The notes under the pieces were generated by a model, which made no database searches, was not told where the DNA came from, and saw only the letters and a program-made list of their open reading frames with translations. 64,000 bases of DNA from Bigelowiella natans CCMP2755 (lineage: Eukaryota; Protista; Cercozoa), in the NCBI GenBank assembly GCA_000320545.1, contig ADNK01002488.1:1-64000 (forward strand), in the 5' to 3' direction. The position numbers and the translations under genes were made by a program. This document shows positions 33,087-45,100 of this stretch, piece by piece (positions within the stretch are counted from its first letter, which is position 1; each line of letters starts with the position of its first letter).

Positions 33087-33925
33087 CTACAGTGATTGTC
33101 GAGCTGCCATCAAACATCGACCAATCGGAGTTGATTGGTATACTCTGTGTAGAAGAAGAAGAAGGGATGCAGACAAATATCGTCGTGAACTTGTTGAATG
33201 AAGCAAGTGGTGAAGGTGCTCTCTGACCAATCTAGTCTCTGTAGCAATCCTCCGATGGTGCCGAATGCACAAAGCACACATCGAGAGTAGGATCACAGCG
33301 AGTAGAGAGGCTGTATTGCAAGAAGAACGGGGCATGTGAATGACGAAGAACATATCACAAAGAGTACGTATCAAGAATGAATAGGAAACACAACCTCCAA
33401 CGATGAAGACAATTCTTGCTACTTTTGGTTTGAGGGCAGTGTTGGGTAACTGGGCAGGGCGGTGCTCATTATGATGGTGACTGTGTGATGATGATGGCGA
33501 TGATGAAGATGATGACGAGGAATTGGAGGAAGAGTTGGAAGATGAAGAGGGAGATATTGAAGCCTGCTGCTTGGTTGTGGAAAGCGTAATTGGGATGTTC
33601 AAGAATACTGAGCAGTACCCAAGCTTTCCTGTAGCTTTGTCTAGGCGATATAAGAATCAGCAACTGTCATCGTCAGAGTTTACCAGTGAATTTACACGTA
33701 TATGTATTGTTTTTGTGACTGGTTTTGAACCATGATCACGTGAATGGTCGCATACAATAATCCATTGAAGGATGTGACGTACCTGTGGTGTATGAATTCA
33801 CTGCAGTACACTTTGCAATGCAACCAAAGTCACGAGTAGGACATTGAGATTCAGCCTGTGGTGATCAGAACAGAATCTCAAAACCTTCTTCGAGAGAAAA
33901 CAAGGACAAATTCATACCACATGTT

Positions 33926-33984
<59 letters not shown>

Positions 33985-34927
33985 TGGAAGAATTTTAAAT
34001 AAAAAATCAAGGGCGGTCTACGTACCACAACGCACTTACGCCACTTGACACATTGAGGGTCACTCGAGCATATTGTCTAAAATTGAGAGCGTTGGGACAT
34101 CAACCATTTTGCATTCTCATTATCCCCATGACTCCCGTATGAAATAAACTTCATCAAAGATAATATATTCCAATGAGACCTGGTATTCGTCACAGTTGAT
34201 AGCGTCAACGTCGGCGGATGCTGAAAGGCAAGGAGATTCCACATATCACATCAGGCATGTACATACTTATAGTGCATCCACATATAAAGGCGGCGAGAAC
34301 AGTTTCTCTCATTAGTACCTTTTGGATGGGGGAGGCATTCATGCTCCATTCCACAATTAAACAGAGTATTCACTTCCTCCGAGTGTCCTTTAAGTGATGC
34401 TATACATCGAGTCCTGCATGCGCTATCTTGGCAGTGGGACGCACATGAAAGCGCATTTCCTGGAACCATTTTTACAAGAATTAAATAAGTGTTGATTTTG
34501 AAAGATGAAAAGCGTGACAGGTATGGGGACAGGAAGGGCTCCGTTGCAGCGAAGTTATTACCACAACGCGAATCCTGCGTACACGAGAGGGTTTGGTGCC
34601 AGCACTAATTAGATAATAATTTTGTTTAATGGAATAAGATTTTTTCGAAGAAATATAACGAAATCTACTCACATTTGTCACTAAACATGCCTTGATACTT
34701 CCAGCCAAGGGTATGCCATTTAGCACAGTGGTCACGTTTTTTCTATTTTCGGGGGTGACGTGGGCGGTAGCGTTCGCAAAAACAATATCCGGTGAGGATC
34801 TCGCTTGGCTGATAGGAATCAGTGAAGATAAACAAAAAACGAGGGCCACTTGAAGAGAAGAGCGTTGAAGAAGGGACGACTTTTCACCCCACCTGTGAAC
34901 ACACGGGTATTTGGGGGAGGGAGTCAT
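33087..34927 (-). CDS. Secreted or type I membrane Cys-rich protein with a VDE-like Cys-rich module and Ser-rich stalk
   Basis: Hydrophobic signal (VALVFCLSSLIPISQA). Spliced CLVTNCWHQTLSCTQDSRCGNALSCASHCQDSACRTRCIASL..LFNCGMEHECL, a second Cys cluster, poly-Ser and hydrophobic segments near the C-terminus. Joining of the 3' exons is unverified. Confidence 0.5.
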
Positions 34928-35817
34928 AAATAATGATTTTCAAGATCAACGCCAACGAAGAGGGAATGGGTGTTGCCGTAGATTCTTTGCCGATACTTGA
35001 TTTTTAGGATAGTCGCATGATCAAAATATATTACATTCATTGACTCGTCACAAGCGTAAGACAGCATGCGACGTGGAATGATTGATCTCCTGAAAACTAA
35101 AACTCCCGTCTGCGAGATCTCAATGATACAAAAAAATGCCGTATATTTCATACCTGCGACTAGCGAAATGTGATGACGCTTTTTCGGAGTGGAATTTGAC
35201 CAGGATACTCCTCGGAGATTATTCAGAGGCTCATAAGTTAATGGCGCTTGGCCGGTAGCAAACGAATTGGGAAGCCGAATACTTGAGAACCCTGGCTATT
35301 GTACAAATGACACCTACATCTCCACAGCAGAAAGAAGGGTCCAACATCGATAAGGAAAAGGTTCTCAAATTCGGGTGTTTGAACCAGCATGCCGAGGCTG
35401 AGCATCATCTTTTACTAACATCAGGAAGAAAATGTGCAAGACCATCCTTTTGCTGAATGGTATCAGAAAGAATTGAAGAATCCATTTTCAATATCCGAAG
35501 AAGTTGTAACAACGCCTGGAGCATTCGTAGCGTTTCTGCGTGAGCAGGTTGGTCCATTTCACAAAATATTTTTGCGCGGAACAATAACCTTTCATTGCTA
35601 GGTTGGAATGCCATTGCGAAGTAGCCTGGACTTGCTGCAGAAGCTAAACACTCTGAAACCAGAAGATCGGTCACGACAGATTTCTAGCAAATTAAGAAAG
35701 CACTTTAGTGTAGAGAATCAGCGTCACTTTCTTCGCGATAAATTGAAAAGGGCTTACACGGCTACTCCAGCAACAGTTTTCTCACTGTCCAATTTTCTCT
35801 CTCAAAGTGTATCCGTC

Positions 35818-36366
35818 ATGGCTGATATTAAAAGTGGGAAGCGCAAACCTCCTATTGGATCACGGTCGCGCGCCAAACGTCAGCGCCAATCTTCAAGCAG
35901 CTTGGAGAAAAAAAAACAAGTTCAAGCTGCTCAAGCTGCTCAAGCTGCTGACACGGCCACGATTTCATCTTCTTCTGCAACAACAGCAGCAGCAACAACA
36001 ACAACAGTAAAGAGTGCAACCTCACCAGTACCTAATGGAGCGGATCCTGACAAAAAAGCTCCTAGTGATGCCCAAAAAGAACCAGTATCAACAAATCCAG
36101 AATCGCATGGGGAAAATAATGTTCCAGCAGAGAAAGTAACTAGTGATGCTCAAAAAGAACCAGCATCGGCAAATCCAGAATCAAATGGGGAAAATAATGT
36201 TCCAGCAGAGAATGCAACAGAGTCAGATCCGCAGACCAAACAACCGACTAGTAGTGTAATCCTGTCTACCACTGCAACCGAGCCTCCAGCCAAAACTCAA
36301 GCGCCTCTTAGTGAACCACATGCTTCCGGTGCCGTCATGTCATCTACAGAGTGCAACGAAAAGTGA
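35818..36366 (+). CDS. Low-complexity protein with a basic NLS-like N-terminus and an internal repeat; may splice to a downstream exon at about 36620
   Basis: MADIKSGKRKPPIGSRSRAKRQR.. then A/T/S/P/E-rich. Occupies the + slot of a divergent pair and ends at a CTAG spacer. Confidence 0.45.
   Translation: MADIKSGKRKPPIGSRSRAKRQRQSSSSLEKKKQVQAAQAAQAADTATISSSSATTAAATTTTVKSATSPVPNGADPDKKAPSDAQKEPVSTNPESHGENNVPAEKVTSDAQKEPASANPESNGENNVPAENATESDPQTKQPTSSVILSTTATEPPAKTQAPLSEPHASGAVMSSTECNEK
36062..36217 (+). repeat. In-frame 78 bp tandem duplication (2 copies)
   Basis: SDAQKEPVSTNPESHGENNVPAEK / SDAQKEPASANPESNGENNVPAEN; units start at 36062 and 36140. Confidence 0.9.
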
Positions 36367-36884
36367 CAAGTGGGAAATGCGGGAACATTGAACAAGATTA
36401 ACAGGTCCATAAGGAAAAGTCGAAATGGGGAAAAGTCAACGTTGATGATGTGACAGAGAGTACTAGAGAAAAATTGCAAGTGAGAACTATAGATAAACGG
36501 CAAAAGAGTACTAGAGAAAAAAACCCTTATGATTGGATATTTGAAGATGTGACAACGAGTCAGCCTGATGATTGGAGAAAATATCCAGTTTTTTGGCGAA
36601 AACACAAAATATACATCAGGTTCAAGTGAGCCGAAAGCGCGGAGTCGCCGCGGATGCTACGACCACGCCAACACGCCTGCAAGAATGCGAGAACAACCGC
36701 TTGCAAGAACACGGGAACGATGGTGGCTTTGTGGTCCCTGGCTGACCGAGGAGGATACTGTTGAAGATGCAACCGGGAGAAGTTGACATCACCCATCTCA
36801 TGCAAACACCTACTACAGCTCTGTACACAATCATCAAGCAAAGACTCTTCGTCTGCACAGACCATCTTGGGATCAAATGCTGTT

Positions 36885-37770
36885 GTGGCTAGCAATGCTA
36901 TATAGCTAGAATGGTCAAATTTTTGCTGCTGTAGCTCCAGCTAGTGACAATGCTTGAACATGATTTATTTGCAAAAATGTTGCCGTGAAGTCTTTCGAGC
37001 TAGGCAGTTTGCGCAATATGAGACGGATGTAATGAAAGATTTAAATTTTTTCAATGGTCATCCTAATGTAGCTGTGCAATGTAGCGGCTACAGCGCTTAA
37101 ATTGTATCTGTTTGTGTCCTTGGTCACATGTTGCATGCATGAAAATGCATTGAGATTTGGTCTAACATGTCGTGCTTTGCGCGCAGCTGCACGAGCTAAT
37201 TATTGGCTAAATTTTCCTGCGTTTGAGTTACGCGTAGTTTCATCGTTGCGATCCATGATGGCCGTCAGTTGTTTGTTGATTCTGAGTCTCTGTGGTCCGT
37301 ATCTTCTGCATTGCAGAATGTGGTCCATGCTAGCATGTCTTGCAATGTGTTGCATGTGTCTCACGTCGCTTCCAACACTGCTATGTGCGTTGTCCTCTGG
37401 ACAACAAGGAAGTTCCAAGGTTGTCAACACCACAGATTGCGCAATATATGTGTGTGTAGTGCTCAGTGCTCATGCATGGCACGCTAGCACGTCTAGCTGC
37501 GCTATTGCTATAATTGCGATGGTCGCGCAGATGGTAGATCGAGGTAGGCTAGTAGTAGGGCCCATCTGTGATGCATGCACTGCACTGTTGTGCATGCAAG
37601 GAAGGCTATGATGCACGTACAGCATTGCGATCGCTCATTGTTAATCCATGTGCGACAATGCAGCCGCTAGCTAGGTCAAGCTATCAAGCTAGTGTATTCG
37701 CAGCCGCGAGCACAAGCATGCTAGCATGCATGAGCTAGCACAGTACCATCTAGCCATGCGCTAGCATGAA
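36885..37770. other. CTAG/CATG/TGCA-rich spacer 5
   Basis: GCATGCTAGCATGCATGAGCTAGC, GCTAGCTAGG and similar; lies between converging genes. Confidence 0.7.
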
Positions 37771-38034
37771 CATCACACCATCCACACTGATCGAGCGTTG
37801 TCAAATCGTCAGTGAAGGAACGCAAACAGGAGGACGTGTCGGCGCTCTAGCTCTAGGAGTAGCGAAACCAAAGAGGTTTTCATGTCACAGATATGGACAA
37901 TTTTCAGGCATTTCTCCTTTTTTTTCTTTTTCATTTAACAACATTGAGACATTTTTCCAATGGTTATAACATCTACTTGAAACAGCTGTGAGTCATTCCA
38001 GTTTTACGTTGTCTTCATTGTGATCTACTAGGCC

Positions 38035-38856
38035 TCATCCCAGCCATCCGCCGCCGCCACGCAGACGTAGGAGCACATGGAGCGTGGATTCTTTCTCGAC
38101 TTTGCACTCGGCGAGGGTTTGAGAATCTTGCAGATTCTTCCCTCCGAAAATGATCCGTTGCTCGTGAATAGGAATGCCTTCCTTGTCGAAGATCAACAGT
38201 TTCACCCTTTTGATGGAGTCTGAGGCGTCGACGTCCAAGGTGATTATCTTCGAACTTAGAGTTTTCACAAAGATCTGCATGGAACCGCCGTCATCATCCT
38301 CGTCCGAATCGGCACTTTCTACATCCTGAACAACCTCTTGTTTTTTGATTTCTGAATCTTCTTTGCACTTCGCTTTGTCACATCCATGCGTTGTAGTCTT
38401 TGCGTCGATTTTGCATCTGCAAAATGGGCAATCGTCCCGCTCGTTAACCTTCACCCATTTCACCAAGCAGTCTTTGTGGAAGCAGTGGCCGCATGAAAGG
38501 TTGGCCACTTCCACACCTTCTTTGAACTTCTTTCGGCACACAATGCAGTGATCGATGAACATGTTCTTCGTGGACTCGATCTTTGAAATGCATGCTTTGG
38601 CGATGACCGCCGTCGCATCGAATGCGACCTTCAGAACTAGGACCAAGAAGAGGGTAGACTCCCTCTGGATGTTGTAATCAGCAAGGGTACGCAAGTTCTC
38701 TAGGCTTCTACCAGCGAATATGAGGCGCTGTTGGTCAGGTGGTATTCCACTTTTGTCTTGGATCTTGGACTTCACATACTCGATGGTGTCGCTGTGGTCC
38801 ACATCTAGGGTGAGGATATCTCCCGTGAGGGTCTTGACAAAGATTATATGTGACAT
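38035..38856 (-). CDS. Intronless ubiquitin-like / RING-H2 / ubiquitin-like fusion (putative E3 ligase)
   Basis: UBL1 [38 protein letters not shown] (no diGly). RING-H2 [23 protein letters not shown]2 [27 protein letters not shown]. An upstream in-frame ATG at 38937 is possible. Confidence 0.9.
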   Translation of the reverse strand: MSHIIFVKTLTGDILTLDVDHSDTIEYVKSKIQDKSGIPPDQQRLIFAGRSLENLRTLADYNIQRESTLFLVLVLKVAFDATAVIAKACISKIESTKNMFIDHCIVCRKKFKEGVEVANLSCGHCFHKDCLVKWVKVNERDDCPFCRCKIDAKTTTHGCDKAKCKEDSEIKKQEVVQDVESADSDEDDDGGSMQIFVKTLSSKIITLDVDASDSIKRVKLLIFDKEGIPIHEQRIIFGGKNLQDSQTLAECKVEKESTLHVLLRLRGGGGWLG

Positions 38857-38870
38857 TGTCTTTTTTAGGT

Positions 38871-38902
<32 letters not shown>

Positions 38903-39099
38903 TGGATTGTGTCCAGAGGCAAATCCTGGTTCATCAACCCTGTGGATTTCCTGATTTCACCCGACCAATCAGAATGATGCTTCGGCTTGAGAAGCTACGA
39001 GAGAAGGAATATTTATATTTTTGTTGTCGTTCAATGAAAATAGCACACCTTTTACAACTTAATTATCGCAGTTTCATCTCAGGCAAGTTGTTTCTCTGG

Positions 39100-40050
39100 A
39101 GAGTGCTATAGAGTGTCCAGAGGTCTCTAGGTCTCTCTAGCCCTTTCGGTTGAAGAGTCTCCGGCTAGCTGGAGAGTGTCCGGAGGTGAATGCTAGGACA
39201 TGTCAGTGGTCTAGATGGTGTCCGGAAGTGTCAGCATTGAATGAAGTAGGGTTGAGGGCACTCAAATTTTTGCGATGAATTGTTGATGAATCGCTAAATG
39301 AATGCAAACGATGCGAATGTGCACAGTAGCATGTGCGCTTTGTCTGCAAAAGCACGCGTCCAAGTCTGCATCGCATAGGAAGCCCTGTACGTCAACAGCA
39401 CTAGAGCATTCGAAACGTCATCAGTTCGAACAACGAGCTTGATGTAGAAAGTCGAGATGGGCGGGGCTCGACTTCATGGGCATCTACACACATGCATGTG
39501 CTTGCATGCGCGTACACGTACATTACATGACATGGACTATAAGTCCCTATATGCTCAATGTCGCGATCGATGACGTAGCGAGCTAGCGAGTGTTGCGCGG
39601 GCCTACGATGCAAGTTCACATTCATTGTGTCAACATGCAAGAAACACAACCCCAGCCACAATGCACAGCATGGCTTCTGGAACAGTTCCTGACTTATATT
39701 TTGTTCTTCCCAAAAATTATAACATTGTCATCATCTACAGGCTCATCTTGGCAAGTAGCCACGCAATGCGTCTAGAGGCGCACATGACGCACCATTTTGT
39801 TAGTTGTGACTGTTAGCAAGCTTTAGAGCAAGGTGGTGCAAACTATAGCGAAGGCAATCTATCTAACGAATAGCTAGCATGACTAGACTAGAGTAAGTAG
39901 CCAGTGAATGTGTGGCACTTCAGTGTCGCATCGCTCATTGATTGCGGGCGCCACGCTACGTACAATCAGGCAAGACGACCATCGCATCATCGCATGCTAG
40001 CATGTGCATCGTATCTACTGGCTGCTCTTGGCGCGAATCGAGTCTAGCGG
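39100..40050. other. CTAG/CATG-rich spacer 6 (3' of ING, 5' of UBL-RING-UBL)
   Basis: Multiple GCTAGC/CTAG and short GAGTGTCC(A/G)GAGGT direct repeats at 39110-39230. Confidence 0.6.
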
Positions 40051-40155
40051 GCAGTGATGAACATTAAAATTAACAACAACATGCAGCGCGAATGATTTAT
40101 GTGTGGTCAACGCCAGATACCATAGAAGCCCCAGGTTCTAAATTCATAAGGCCTT

Positions 40156-41333
40156 CTAGTAATTTCGACAGTCTTGGCAGAACCAATTTCCTTTGGGCTG
40201 CTGCGTTAAACCAACGCACTCGAAATGGAACCATTCATACTGTGAACAATCATCACATTAGATTTATATAATATCTTGAACAAGAACAAATTCATATTCA
40301 CCTGGCAGTTTTCTCCATCGCATCCAACCATATCTCCATACGATGGCCTTTGGCAGTAACAGTAGAGTTCCTCACTTGTCGATGATGAAACTGCTCCCTT
40401 CGAGGCACCATTTATTTTTGTGCACTTGTTTGGTTGAGAATCATAGGAGTCTTCAACACGTTGTCGTTTTCTGTGACTTTCGCCCTTTCTATTGGTGCGA
40501 CTTGTAGATCCCCTTCCTGCAGAGGCCGCAGCAGCCTGGGCTTCCTGCAGTGCTTCCGCTGCAATTATGACAAAAATTACATTATAACTAGGTCCTTCAT
40601 CTTTCATATGGATAATGAAAGATCGGCCATGAGGAAATATGAAAAATTACCACATCTGTATGGTATACATGTGAGTATTATTCCGAACATTATCCACATG
40701 CATACTCGTACATAGGCCACTTATAAATATATACAGGCTCAACATATAAAATTTATAGAAACTTAGAATGCTTGAAGAGTAGATCTTTCAAACCTCTTTG
40801 TTGTGCTCCTAATTCATCCTCGAACTTCCGTAAATCCTGTGAAAGGGATACACAAGTGAAATTTTAGTCCAAATACTTTTATTTCTATGAAACTTACCCT
40901 ATCCAGTCTCGTCATGAAACTATTTGTGTAATATGCCGCCTGCTCAACGAGCTGTATCTTATCTTCGTTCAGGCTGTGTATAAACTGGAGAAACATATAG
41001 ATATTAAAACGTAGTGGGACAAATGAGAATGGTGATTTCTATTTAGCTCACCTTTTGATCTTTACGGATGCTACTCAATTTCTTCGCAAAATCTGAAGGT
41101 GAAGCTTTATCTTCAGCTGCCATTTTGTAAACCTGGTTAAAAAGATAATAATTGGTTCTATTTGGGAGCCTCAATAATGTTGTTGGACTATTGACCTCTT
41201 CATACTTATTTTGTAGTTCAACTTTTAGTTGTGAGACTTTCTCATCGGTAACTCCGATTAGTGCATACGCTCTGTGGATGTCGTTAGGGAGGTCTCGCAG
41301 GGAGTGGAGATAGGCCTCGATGTAGGTCGTCAT
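40156..41333 (-). CDS. ING: Inhibitor of growth (ING) family PHD-finger protein, ING4/5-like
   Basis: N-terminal [94 protein letters not shown]. Confidence 0.93.
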
Positions 41334-41943
41334 CTCTAATTGTGGCCAAACAAAAGTGAGAATTTTGTTCCCACATTTCAGTGTTGGTTATTACATTTTG
41401 ACGCGCGGTGTAGCAATTGCCGTATGCTCGATGTAGCAGTTGCCGTATGCGGCAGAGAACAATGGCGCCCAAGGGGAAGGTATCGCCCTTTCCTTTCTGT
41501 CATTATGATATTGAGTCAAATCCAGGCTATTTTTTAATATATTACAGTCCCAAACTAATCGGATCGAAAAGTCATATTTAAAAATTCGGCGAAAGCTGTG
41601 GTTCTCTTTAAATCACAATATAGAAAGCTCTCTCACTTAATTTTATCCTATGTGTATAAAAAGTCTGCATTTATTTATTACGACAATTATGTTATCCTTC
41701 AAGTGTCGAAAAAGAGGGATTCTGTATCGTGTGTGCTAAATCTTATGGTCTGAACTTTCGCATGGCGGAGTCTCAAGTGCGCGAGGAGCCGATCCCGTGG
41801 TAAATCCCTAATGCCTTGAAAGTATATCTTAAGTCAATATTTTTATCATGTCGCATTTAATTATTGTAGTAAAACATCGCCTGTATTGTATTTATTTTCA
41901 CAGCTTATGTCTCACTTTCTGTAGGTAAAGCTGCAAGCCCCCT

Positions 41944-42000
41944 GCGCGGAAGTGATTACTCTGAAGGAGATCTGATAGACTAGCCCCGTCGTCTGAGCGC
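41944..42000 (+). ncRNA. Candidate box C/D snoRNA-like element in the putative first intron/5' leader of PRP8
   Basis: GCGC...GTGATTA (C-like)...CTGA...CTGA...CTGA-GCGC with a terminal stem extendable to CCCT/AGGG. GC-rich island in AT-rich flanks. Target not identified. Confidence 0.2.
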
Positions 42001-42105
42001 TAAGGGAGCATAAGCATCAAGGTTCTGTGAACTTCATAGAACGAACGCGTGATATTTCTGCATAAATTTCTCATACATTATTAAATCTTCGGTAGGTTCT
42101 TCCGC

Positions 42106-45100
42106 ATGTCTGCCACCACCACAATTTCTGCTGAAAAGCAGAAACTTCTGGAGGACAAGGCAAAGAAATGGGCAAAATTGAACCAGAAACGATATGGAGA
42201 GAAGAAAAAGTTTGGGTATGTTGAGGTGCAGAAGGAAGATATGCCTCCGGAGCACCTTAGGAAGATCGTGAAAGATCATGGAGATATGAGCAACAGGAAA
42301 TTCAGACACGATAAGCGTGTCTACCTCGGAGCTCTTAAATACGTACCACACGCCGTACTGAAGCTGCTTGAGAACGTACCCATGCCCTGGGAACAGGTAG
42401 GACTTTATATCCCAAACCTAACTATTTAAGTTCCTAATTTTTAAATATCTTCACAGATCCGAAACGTGAAGATTTTGTATCATGTTACTGGGGCAATCAC
42501 ATTCGTCAACGAAATACCATGGGTTGTAGAACCAATCTACATTGCACAATGGTCCACAATGTGGTTAATGATGCGCCGAGAGAAGCGAGACCGTCACCAC
42601 TTCAAGAGGATGCGATTTCCCCCTTTCGACGACGAAGAACCTCCTCTAGATTATGGAGAGAACATTTTGGATGTAGAGCCTATGCTTGAACCAATTCAAA
42701 TGGAACTTGATGAAGATGAGGATGCTGCTGTATTCGAATGGTTCTACGACCACCGTCCGTTGCAATACACGAAGCTCATTAAGGGACCAAGTTATCGTCA
42801 ATGGCGATTAACGATCCCTATTCTAGCATCTTTGCATCGACTCGCTGGACAATTGTTGAGTAACCTTAGCGATAAAAACTACTTTTATTTATTTGATCTA
42901 CCGTCATTCTGCACAGCGAAGGCGTTGAACTGTGCCATTCCAGGAGGCCCAAAGTTCGAGCCTTTATACCGTGATATCGAAGATGACGACGAGGATTGGA
43001 ACGATTTCAACGATATCAACAAAATTATTATTCGGCAACAAATTCGTACAGAATACAAGATCGCTTTCCCTTACTTATACAATAGCAGGCCTCGAAAAGT
43101 GAAATCATCCGCTTATCACCACCCTGTCCTGTGCTACATCAAACCCGAAGACCCCGACCTTCCAGCTTACTATTTCGACCCAGTGTTGAATCCAATTCCT
43201 CACTACAGGTCTCATGGAAAGGAAGAGAAAGAAGACGATGAGATCTTCGACGATGATTTTGTCTTGCCAAGCGATGTTGAGCCGATGCTGAAGGACTTCA
43301 AACTTTTCACTGACTACACAGCGGATGGAATCGAATTGATACATGCTCGGAGACCATTCTGCTTGAGAACAGGAAGAACTAGACGCTGCGTAGATATACC
43401 ATTGATTAAAACTTGGTATCAGGAACACTGTCCCTCGACCTATCCAGTTAAGGTTCGAGTGAGCTACCAGAAATTGCTCAAATGTTGGGTTCTGAACGAA
43501 TTGCATCATCGGCCACCAAAAAGTCTGAACAAGAAGTTCCTCTTCAAAGCTTTCAAGCATACCAAGTTTTTCCAAACAACTGAACTTGATTGGTTAGAAG
43601 CGGGATTGCAAGTATGTCGTCAGGGATACAATATGTTGAACCTCCTCATTCACCGTAAGAACTTGAACTATCTGCACCTTGATTACAACTTCAACTTGAA
43701 ACCGGTGAAAACCTTGACAACAAAGGAGCGTAAGAAGTCGCGTTTCGGTAACGCTTTCCATTTGACCAGAGAAATATTACGTTTGACGAAATTAGTCATG
43801 GATGCGCACGTGCAGTATCGACTCTCAAACATTGATGCTTACCAGATGGCAGACGGTCTCCAGTATATCTTCGCTCACGTAGGACAGCTTACTGGAATGT
43901 ACCGATACAAGTATCGTCTCATGCGTCAAATTCGTATGTGCAAGGACATCAAGCATGTTATCTATTATCGCTTCAACACTGGAGCAGTAGGAAAGGGTCC
44001 CGGTTGCGGATTCTGGGCTCCTGGATGGCGAGTGTGGATCTTCTTCATGCGTGGAATTGTACCTTTGTTGGAGCGATGGCTTGGAAATCTTCTTGCTCGT
44101 CAGTTCGAGGGAAGGCAGAACAAAGGTATTGAACAATTAAGTGTTTTCTAACTCCGGGCATGCCGCATATCAAAAAATGAGCCCTAAATAAAGCCGTATA
44201 TATAGTTCGTTGCTCATTAAATTTTACACCTTTCAGGTATTGCTTCAACAATCACAAAGCAGCGTGTGGAAAGTCAGTACGACCTTGAATTGCGAGCTGC
44301 AGTTATGCACGATATTCTGGACATGATGCCCGAAGGTGTGAAAGCGAACAAATCTCGTACTATCCTACAGCACTTGAGCGAAGCATGGAGATGCTGGAAA
44401 GCAAATATTCCATGGAAAGTTCCCGGGCTCCCCGTACCAATTGAAAATATGATTCTTCGATACGTGAAATCTAAGGCCGATTGGTGGACCAATGTTGCAC
44501 ATTACAACCGTGAACGAATCCGCCGAGGGGCTACTGTGGATAAGACAGTGTGTAAGAAAAACCTTGGTCGACTTACCCGTCTCTGGTTGAAGAACGAGCA
44601 AGAACGACAGCACAACTATCTGAAGGATGGACCATACGTGTCTTCTGAGGAAGCTGTTGCCATCTACACAACCTGTGTACGATGGTTGGAGAGCAGAAAG
44701 TTCTCCCCTATTCCTTTCCCGCCTCTATCATACAAGCATGACACCAAGCTCCTCATTCTAGCCTTGGAGCGGTTGAAGGAGGCTTACTCGGTTAAGGTTA
44801 GGCTGAACCAATCTCAGCGTGAAGAGCTTGGCTTGGTGGAGCAAGCGTATGACAACCCCCACGAAGCTCTTTCACGAATCAAACGTCATCTTCTCACGCA
44901 GCGCGCCTTCAAGGAAGTCGGGATTGAATTCATGGACTTGTACAGCCACTTGATCCCAGTGTACGACATCGAGCCCTTGGAGAAGATCACGGACTCCTAC
45001 TTAGACCAGTATTTGTGGTATGAGGCAGACAAGCGGCACCTGTTCCCTAACTGGGTCAAGCCCGCCGACTCGGAGCCAGCCCCTATGCTTGTGTACAAAT

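Noticed and set aside
41936-41957. GCCCCCTGCGCGGAAGTGAT resembling the U6 snRNA ISL
   Set aside because: No ACAGAGA box or AGC triad context and several mismatches.
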